A DNA stretch of 64,000 nucleotides from the NCBI GenBank assembly GCA_021811275.1, contig JAJZPI010000004.1, forward strand, positions 106 through 64,105, given 5' to 3'. The position numbers were made by a program, and so were the translations under genes. The notes under the pieces were generated by a model. That model worked only from the letters and a program-made list of their open reading frames with translations. It made no database searches and was not told where the DNA came from. This DNA is from Deltaproteobacteria bacterium. GTDB taxonomy: Bacteria; Desulfobacterota; Desulfarculia; Desulfarculales; Desulfarculaceae. Of the stretch, positions 1-6,486 are shown in pieces. Each line of letters starts with the position of its first letter. Position 1 is the first letter of the stretch.

Positions 1-568
1 GCGGAAGGCCTTGTCGCCAAGATGGCCCTTGCGGCCTGCGTGGGGGCGGGCCGTAAAAAATTGGTTCTGCCTTGCCTCAGCTTCGGCCCCGTGATCTGCC
101 GTTATGCGTGGCGCTTGGGGAACGAGGATGTTCCTCTTTTTTTTCGTCCCGCGCCTTGGCCGGCCGCAATGGTCCTCGCATACTAGGCAGGCCGCAGCGT
201 GGGGTGGGTTGCCCTGGCGGGCCCGCGCCCACCGCCGGGTCGAGGTGATACCGCCGGACCGGCCCCCTGGTGTGGCGGTGCGCCTTGCCGGGGCGGCAAG
301 CGGGCGGCGCGGGACGCGGAGATTGGGGTAAAGACGGGAACGGGGGGACGTTGGCTCCGCGAGGGATTGGGAGGCGGGGTATTAGAGGAGAAAAGGCTGG
401 AAGGGTCCTGCGGTAAGACCTCCTGCGCCTGCGGCGCTCGGACAAAGAATTGTCCATGCTGCCTGCCGAGAGCGCAAGAAGCGCACCTCCCGCGCTTCGC
501 ACTCGCTTCCCCCTCCTTAACTTTCCAGTCCTCTTTTCATTTCTCCCGCTCTATCCCACAGACTCGGC

Positions 569-1567
569 CTAAGCGAACTCCCCCAGCGCCTCATCATAAG
601 TCCTGAGCTGCTCGAAGGGGATGAGGGTGCCCATGGCCCGATTGCCGGTCTTGATGCCGGCCTCCTCCACCGCGGCCAGGGGATTGAGCCCGCCCGCCAC
701 CACGATGCCCACCCGGCCGGGGGAAACTGGTATCTCCAGGAGCGGCTGACCGGGCCGGCCCACCAGCAGGATGCCCCCCAGGCCAGACCGCTCCATGCGC
801 CCGCCCAAACGGCGGGCCAGGGCGGCGGCCGGGGCGGGTATCTCCCGGAAGCTGGCCCCGATCACCCCTTCCCCGGTGCGTGCGGCGGCCAGCACCGAGG
901 TCATCTGGCCCTTGATGAAAATCTCCAGGGGGTCCAGGGTGGTGCCGTCGTAGTTGATGATCTGGGTGAAGCGGGCCGGCCGGCCGGCGATGAGCTGGAG
1001 GAGTCCGCCGAAGCGGTTAGTAGTGGGGATGCCCTCGGCCAAGAGCACGCCGTTGACGCTCACCGAGCAGATGGTGGCCACGGCGAATTCCTCGGGCCCC
1101 ACGATCAGCCTGCCAAGTTTGCTCCCCGGCCGGCCAATGGCCAGCCGGCGGCCCATGGAAAGCCCGGCGGCGAATACCTCGCGCATCACCCCCGCCGCCT
1201 CGGCCATGCGCCCCGCCTCCACGGTGGAGAGGTTTACCACCACCTCCCCCTTGGCTTGGCGCAGGCGGAAGTTCATGCTATAGGTCAAGGCATCCACCCG
1301 CGCTGCCACGAACCCAACCTTATCGACGACGTAGGCGTTCTCCATCTCCTGGCGCCCGCGCGGGGTGAGGTGGCGTCCCCGGCGGCCGTCGCTGGCCGTG
1401 AGCCCCTCGCGGTCGGTCAGCCCCAGGTAGTAACGGATGGTGCGCTGGCTCATATCGGTCCCGGCCAAGGCCAAGGCCTGAGCGATGCGGGTGCCCCCCA
1501 GTGGGCGTTCGGCCTCGCCGAGCACCCGCAGGATATCGAGCATCTTTCTTCGGCTGCGTTCGTCCAT
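569..1567 (-). CDS. nrpR: NrpR-family nitrogen regulatory repressor homolog (winged helix plus two NrpR/DUF128-type domains)
   Basis: 332-aa ORF. N-terminal wHTH (KMLDILRVLGEAERPLGGTRIAQAL...SQRTIRYYL) is followed by two similar halves typical of NrpR. Recognised by eye; no search run. Confidence 0.7.
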   Translation of the reverse strand: MDERSRRKMLDILRVLGEAERPLGGTRIAQALALAGTDMSQRTIRYYLGLTDREGLTASDGRRGRHLTPRGRQEMENAYVVDKVGFVAARVDALTYSMNFRLRQAKGEVVVNLSTVEAGRMAEAAGVMREVFAAGLSMGRRLAIGRPGSKLGRLIVGPEEFAVATICSVSVNGVLLAEGIPTTNRFGGLLQLIAGRPARFTQIINYDGTTLDPLEIFIKGQMTSVLAAARTGEGVIGASFREIPAPAAALARRLGGRMERSGLGGILLVGRPGQPLLEIPVSPGRVGIVVAGGLNPLAAVEEAGIKTGNRAMGTLIPFEQLRTYDEALGEFA

Positions 1568-1634
1568 CGCTTAAACCTCCCGCGCGCGGCCGGTTAAAGG
1601 GTAGAGGCTACCAAAGTTTTTTCAAGGCCTTTAC

Positions 1635-1648
1635 CGGCAATATTGCCG
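1635..1648. promoter_or_regulatory. Perfect 14-bp palindrome CGGCAATATTGCCG, candidate operator upstream of nrpR
   Basis: Read directly in the nrpR-nadE divergent intergenic region, 68-81 nt upstream of the nrpR start codon. Confidence 0.4.
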
Positions 1649-1769
1649 AAATATGACAACGAGTGCTTTCTGGGTCCAGCCCGCGCCTTATCGGCTACAA
1701 TGTTAGCATAACTTATTCTAAGAGTAATATAGAAGAGTTTACCAACCCAAACAAAACCGGCAGGTGGTC

Positions 1770-1811
1770 TTGACAAAAATGAACCTCCACGCCATAAAGG
1801 CAGTTATTGCC
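1770..1811 (+). promoter_or_regulatory. Sigma-70-like promoter (TTGACA-17 nt-CATAAA) immediately followed by palindrome GGCAGTTATTGCC
   Basis: TTGACA at 1770-1775, CATAAA at 1793-1798, palindromic arms GGCA/TGCC at 1799-1811. It lies upstream of nadE and shares half-sites with the 1635-1648 palindrome. Confidence 0.4.
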
Positions 1812-1929
1812 GTTTCGGGCGGCTCTGCCGGGGGGTGGACCGTGGCCTCCGAGGGGTTGATACGCGCTTGCGCCCCGCAAGCCGGCGGGCGCCCCTCCTC
1901 GGTTTTCCGTCTTTGACCGCCGGCTGCCG

Positions 1930-3651
1930 ATGGAAGAGACATCGATGACAAAGGCCATGTTGCGCATCGCCCAAGCCCAAATCAACCTCACGGTGGGAGA
2001 CTTCCAGGCCAACCTCGAGTTGATTCAAGGCTACCTGGACCAGGCCCGCCAGGCCGGGGCCGACTTGGTGACCTTCCCCGAGCTGGCCGTCTGCGGCTAT
2101 CCCCCCGAGGACCTTCTGCTCAAGCCGCGCTTCCTTGAACATTGCGCCGAGGCCCTGGAGCACCTGGCCGGCCGCTGCCAGGGCATAACCGCCGTGGTGG
2201 GCTGCCCTCTGGCCGAGGGCGGCCAAGTCTACAACTGCGCGACGGTGCTGGGCCAGGGCAAGGTGCTGGGCGTCTACCGCAAGATCGAGCTGCCCAACTA
2301 CGGCGTCTTCGACGAGATGCGCTACTTCGCGCCTGGTAAGGGCGGGCTCTTCCTGGACCTGGCCGGGGCGCGCCTGATGCTCACCGTCTGCGAAGATGTC
2401 TGGGTGAAGGGCGGCCCGGCCGAGCGCCTGGCCCGCGAGGGCGGGGCCCAGGCGGTCGTCAACATCTCCGGCTCGCCCTTCCACGCCGGCAAGCTGGGTC
2501 TGAGGCGCGACATCCTGGCCGGCTTCGCCCGGCGCACCGGCGCCCACATCCTGTACAACAACCTGCTGGGCGGGCAGGACGAGCTGGTCTTCGACGGCGG
2601 CTGCCTGGTGGTGGACCAGGCCGGCGGCCTCTTGGCCTGCGCCCCTCGCTTTGAACAGGCCCTGCTGGTCACCGACCTTGAGTTCGAGTCGCGCCCCCTG
2701 CGCCCGGCTCCCGTCCTGCCCCATGTCCTGCTCTCCCTGGAACCCGCCGCCGGTCCCCGCCAGGGCCAGGCCGCCCCGGCCTGCGCCCCGGAATTCACCC
2801 TGGCCGAGGAGGTCCACCGGGCCCTGCTCCTGGGCACACGCGACTACGTGGGCAAAAACGGCTTCAGGAAGGTGGTGCTGGGGCTATCGGGCGGAGTGGA
2901 TTCGGCCCTGGTGGCGGCCATCGCGGTGGAGGCCTTGGGCGCGGAAAACGTCATCGGCGTGACCATGCCCAGCCAGTTTACCAGCCAAGGCACCCGTTCC
3001 GACGCCGAGCGGCTGGCCGCCAATCTGGGCATCCGCCTGATCACCGTGCCCATCGCCGGCATCTTGAAGGTCTACCTCGACGAACTGGCGGAGACCTTCG
3101 GCCCCGGCCCCTATGGCGTGGAGCAGGAGAACCTCCAGGCCCGTATTCGGGGCAACATCCTCATGGGGCTTTCCAACCGCTTCGGCTGGCTGGTCCTGAC
3201 CACCGGCAACAAGAGCGAGACCGCGGTGGGCTACTGCACGCTCTACGGCGACATGGCCGGCGGTTTCGCGGTGGTCAAGGACGTGCCCAAGACCCTGGTC
3301 TACGAGCTTTCGGCCCTGATCAACCAAAGGGCCGGCCGCGAACTGATCCCCCAAAGCGTCATCGTCCGGCCGCCCTCCGCCGAACTTCGGCCCGACCAGA
3401 AGGACGAGGACTCCCTGCCGCCCTACGCGGTGCTGGACCCCATCCTCAAGGCCTACGTGGAGCAGGACCTGGCCTTGGAGGAGATCGTGGCCCTGGGCTT
3501 CCACCCGGAGACGGTGCGCCAGGTGCTCCGGCTGGTGGACTTGAACGAATACAAGCGCCGGCAGGCCCCGCCGGGGGTGAAGATCACCCCCAAGGCCTTC
3601 GGCCGCGACCGCCGCCTGCCCATCACCAACCACTACCGACCTGGGGTGTGA
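1930..3651 (+). CDS. nadE: Glutamine-dependent NAD+ synthetase (N-terminal CN-hydrolase domain plus NAD synthase domain)
   Basis: 573-aa ORF. It has a nitrilase-like N-terminus (AQINLTVGDFQANL..., FPELAVCGYPPEDL) and the C-terminal SGGVDS PP-loop motif. The alternative start MTKAM is at 1945. Confidence 0.9.
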   Translation: MEETSMTKAMLRIAQAQINLTVGDFQANLELIQGYLDQARQAGADLVTFPELAVCGYPPEDLLLKPRFLEHCAEALEHLAGRCQGITAVVGCPLAEGGQVYNCATVLGQGKVLGVYRKIELPNYGVFDEMRYFAPGKGGLFLDLAGARLMLTVCEDVWVKGGPAERLAREGGAQAVVNISGSPFHAGKLGLRRDILAGFARRTGAHILYNNLLGGQDELVFDGGCLVVDQAGGLLACAPRFEQALLVTDLEFESRPLRPAPVLPHVLLSLEPAAGPRQGQAAPACAPEFTLAEEVHRALLLGTRDYVGKNGFRKVVLGLSGGVDSALVAAIAVEALGAENVIGVTMPSQFTSQGTRSDAERLAANLGIRLITVPIAGILKVYLDELAETFGPGPYGVEQENLQARIRGNILMGLSNRFGWLVLTTGNKSETAVGYCTLYGDMAGGFAVVKDVPKTLVYELSALINQRAGRELIPQSVIVRPPSAELRPDQKDEDSLPPYAVLDPILKAYVEQDLALEEIVALGFHPETVRQVLRLVDLNEYKRRQAPPGVKITPKAFGRDRRLPITNHYRPGV

Positions 3652-3655
3652 GGCC

Positions 3656-4333
3656 ATGCGCGTCCTGGTCACCCAGCATCATCCCGACGAGGGCCTCGGC
3701 CTTCTGGGCCGATTTCTGCTGGGCCGGGGCGCCGAGCTCACGACCGTCCACGCCCACGCCGGCCAGGCCGTCCCCCGCGACCCGGCGGGCTTCGACATGG
3801 TGGTGAGCATGGGCGGACCCATGAACGTCTATGAGGAAAAGGACCACCCCTGGCTGGAGGACGAAAACGTCCTTTTGCAAAACGCCGCCCGGACCGGCCT
3901 GCCCCTGCTGGGGGTCTGTCTGGGCGCCCAGCTCATCGCCAAGGCCCTGGGCGCGGCGGTCGCCAAGGCCGCGGTGGAGGAGGTGGGCTGGCGCCAGGTG
4001 CGGCTGACCGAGGCGGGTGCGGTCGACCCCCTGTTAGCTGGCCTGGACCGGGAGTTCACGGTCCTGCAATGGCACGGGGACACCTTCGCCATCCCCGAGG
4101 GCGGGCGGCTGCTGGCCACGGGGGAGGAGGTGCCCCATCAGGCCTTCGTCTGGGGCAAGGCATATGGCCTGCAGTTCCACGTGGAGGCCACCCCCGATAT
4201 AATCCGCGCCTGGTTCCCCCAACCGTTGGCGCAAGAGCCCCTGCTGGCGCTTTGGGCCAAGCGGGAAAAGGCGCTGCTGGCCCAGGCCGAGCTGATTTTC
4301 AGTAATTTCGTGGCCCTGGCCGCCGGCCGCTGA
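3656..4333 (+). CDS. Class I glutamine amidotransferase (GuaA-like stand-alone GATase1)
   Basis: 225-aa ORF with LLGVCLGAQL nucleophile-elbow motif. It starts 4 nt after the nadE stop. Confidence 0.8.
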   Translation: MRVLVTQHHPDEGLGLLGRFLLGRGAELTTVHAHAGQAVPRDPAGFDMVVSMGGPMNVYEEKDHPWLEDENVLLQNAARTGLPLLGVCLGAQLIAKALGAAVAKAAVEEVGWRQVRLTEAGAVDPLLAGLDREFTVLQWHGDTFAIPEGGRLLATGEEVPHQAFVWGKAYGLQFHVEATPDIIRAWFPQPLAQEPLLALWAKREKALLAQAELIFSNFVALAAGR

Positions 4334-4378
4334 GCCTGCCCGGGGTTTCGTGGTTTGGAGTGAAAGGAGAACTGCGAC

Positions 4379-4813
4379 GTGAGCAAACCCCCCAGCCCCG
4401 GCTTCTCGCCGGAAATCGTGGTGCTCTATTGCCGGCAGACGCTGGACGCCGAGGCCAAGCCGCCCGAGGGAACCCGCCAGGGCGACGGCTTTTCGGCCCG
4501 GCTGGTGCTGCTGCCCTGCAGCAGCAAGATCGAGGCCTACCAGATGCTGGCCATTCTCGACAAGGGAGCCGACGGCGTGCAGCTGGTGGCCTGCCCGGAG
4601 AAGGCCTGCCGCTTTCTGGTAGGCAACAATCGGGCCGAACGCCGCGTCGCCCACGCCCGCGGGCTCTTGTCCCAGGCCGGCATGGCCGAAGCACGCTTGG
4701 AGCTGAACCGGGCGGCGGAGCTGACCCCTGAAGATCTGATGAACCTCGCCGGCCGCCATGCCGGCCGGATAAAGGACCTGGGGCCCAACCCCATGAAAGG
4801 AGGCACCAACTAA
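4379..4813 (+). CDS. mvhD: MvhD/FlpD-like hydrogenase iron-sulfur (delta) subunit
   Basis: 144-aa ORF with GTG start and a GAAAGGAGA RBS 8 nt upstream. The motif EIVVLYC...LLPCSSKIE...VACPEKACRF is typical of the MvhD family. Confidence 0.75.
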   Translation: MSKPPSPGFSPEIVVLYCRQTLDAEAKPPEGTRQGDGFSARLVLLPCSSKIEAYQMLAILDKGADGVQLVACPEKACRFLVGNNRAERRVAHARGLLSQAGMAEARLELNRAAELTPEDLMNLAGRHAGRIKDLGPNPMKGGTN

Positions 4814-5484
4814 TGATAGTCGCGGAATGGAAGCCCCTGCCCGAGCTATTGGCCGGGCTCAAGGGCTATAAGAACCTCCTGCTGGTGGGTTGCGCCACCT
4901 GCGTGGCCGAATGCGCCGCCGGCGGCGAGCGCGAGGTCAACACCCTGGCCCCCACCCTGCATATGGCGCTCAAGAACCAGGGCCAGGACATCAATATCAT
5001 CACCCGGACCCTGGAACGCGCCTGCGAGCCGGAGTTCGTGGAGGAGCTGGCGGAGATCGCGCCCCAGGTGGATGCCATCATGAGCCTCTCCTGCGGCATC
5101 GGCATGCAGCTTATTGCCGAGCGCTTCTTGGACAAGCCTCTGCTGCCCGGCGTCAACACCACCTCATTGGCCATCCGGGAGGCGCCCGGGCTTTGGACCG
5201 CGCGCTGCCGCGCCTGCGGCGACTGCGTGCTGGGCGAAACCTTCGGGCTGTGCCCGGTGGCCCGCTGCGCCAAAAGCCTGATGAACGGCCCCTGCGGCGG
5301 CACCCGCAAAAACGGCCGCTGCGAGGTGGACGAGAACACCGACTGCATCTGGTACCTCATCGTCGAGCGCGCCAAGGCCCGGGGCGAGCTCGAATCCCTT
5401 AATCAGGTGCGCCAGCCCAAGACTTGGTCCAACTCGGCCCATGGCGGCCCCAAGCGGATAGTTAGGGAGGATTTGCGCTCATGA
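4813..5484 (+). CDS. metV: MetV, methylenetetrahydrofolate reductase C-terminal-like Cys-rich subunit
   Basis: 223-aa ORF with Cys clusters (CATCVAEC, CRACGDCVL, CPVARCAKSLMNGPCGG). Its start overlaps the mvhD stop (TAATG). Confidence 0.8.
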   Translation: MIVAEWKPLPELLAGLKGYKNLLLVGCATCVAECAAGGEREVNTLAPTLHMALKNQGQDINIITRTLERACEPEFVEELAEIAPQVDAIMSLSCGIGMQLIAERFLDKPLLPGVNTTSLAIREAPGLWTARCRACGDCVLGETFGLCPVARCAKSLMNGPCGGTRKNGRCEVDENTDCIWYLIVERAKARGELESLNQVRQPKTWSNSAHGGPKRIVREDLRS

Positions 5485-6422
5485 GCTCCCGTGTTCAAAC
5501 CAACCTGCAGAAAGTGCTGGCCGCTGGCCATTTCGCCGTAACCGCCGAGGTGGGCCCCCCCCAGGGCCCCAACCCCGAGCCCGTGCGCGCCAAGGCCGCC
5601 ATCTTGAAGGGCTTGGCCGACGCCTACAATGTCACCGACAACCAGACCGCCGTGGTGCGCATGTCCTCCATCGCCGCGGCCAAGATCCTCCTGGACGAGG
5701 GCCTGGAGCCGGTGATGCAAATGACCTGCCGCGACCGCAACCGCATCGCCATGCAGTCGGACCTGCTGGGCGCCTCGGCCCTGGGGCTCAAGAACGTCCT
5801 GGCCCTTAGCGGCGACCACCAGAAGGCCAGCGGGGCCGGCAAATTGAACGGCCATCCCGGAGCCAAGAACGTCTATGACGTGGACTCCATCCAGCTCCTT
5901 GGCATCATCAAGGGCCTGCGCGACGAGGCCCGCCAGCAAGGCGGCGACGCCATCACCGAGCCCGCGCCCTTCTTCATCGGCGCGGCCTGGACCCCGCTGG
6001 GCCCCCCGGTGGAGTTCCGCGTGCCCAGGCTGGCCAAGAAGATCGCCGCCGGGGCCGACTTCGTGCAGACCCAGGCCGTCTTCGACTTGAAAGCTTTCGC
6101 CGCCCAGGTCAAGAAGGCCCACGAGGCCGGGCTCACCGAGAAGGTCGCCATCCTGGCCGGCATCATCGTGCCCCGCTCGGCTGGCATGCTGACCTATATG
6201 AACAAGAACGTGCCTGGCATAGAGGTGCCCGAAGCGCTTATCGCCCGCATGAAAGGGGCCAAGGACGCCAAGGCCGAGGGCATGAAGGTTACGGTGGAGC
6301 TGATCCAGGCCGTGCGCGAGCTGCCCGGCGTCAAGGGCGTCCACCTGCAGGCCATCGAGGCCGAGGAGCTCCTGGCCGAGGTCATCCCGGCCGCCGGGCT
6401 CACCCCCAGGCCGCTGGTCTAG
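5481..6422 (+). CDS. metF: 5,10-methylenetetrahydrofolate reductase
   Basis: 313-aa ORF with MTHFR-type sequence (VTAEVGPP..., MQMTCRDRNR..., LALSGDH). It shares an ATGA overlap with metV. Confidence 0.9.
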   Translation: MSSRVQTNLQKVLAAGHFAVTAEVGPPQGPNPEPVRAKAAILKGLADAYNVTDNQTAVVRMSSIAAAKILLDEGLEPVMQMTCRDRNRIAMQSDLLGASALGLKNVLALSGDHQKASGAGKLNGHPGAKNVYDVDSIQLLGIIKGLRDEARQQGGDAITEPAPFFIGAAWTPLGPPVEFRVPRLAKKIAAGADFVQTQAVFDLKAFAAQVKKAHEAGLTEKVAILAGIIVPRSAGMLTYMNKNVPGIEVPEALIARMKGAKDAKAEGMKVTVELIQAVRELPGVKGVHLQAIEAEELLAEVIPAAGLTPRPLV

Positions 6423-6486
6423 GTGTCAAGCCGCGCCAACTAGGCCCGCCGTCCGCCGGCGGGCTGATTCAACGGGATTGGTTGCA

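Noticed and set aside
62-75. Sigma-54-like sequence TGGTTCTGCCTTGC
   Set aside because: The GG to GC spacing is one nucleotide short of the strict GG-N10-GC geometry.
1568-1929. Methanogen NrpR operator GGAA-N6-TTCC
   Set aside because: I scanned the nrpR-nadE, NifA-like, porin and glnA upstream regions by eye and found no such site.
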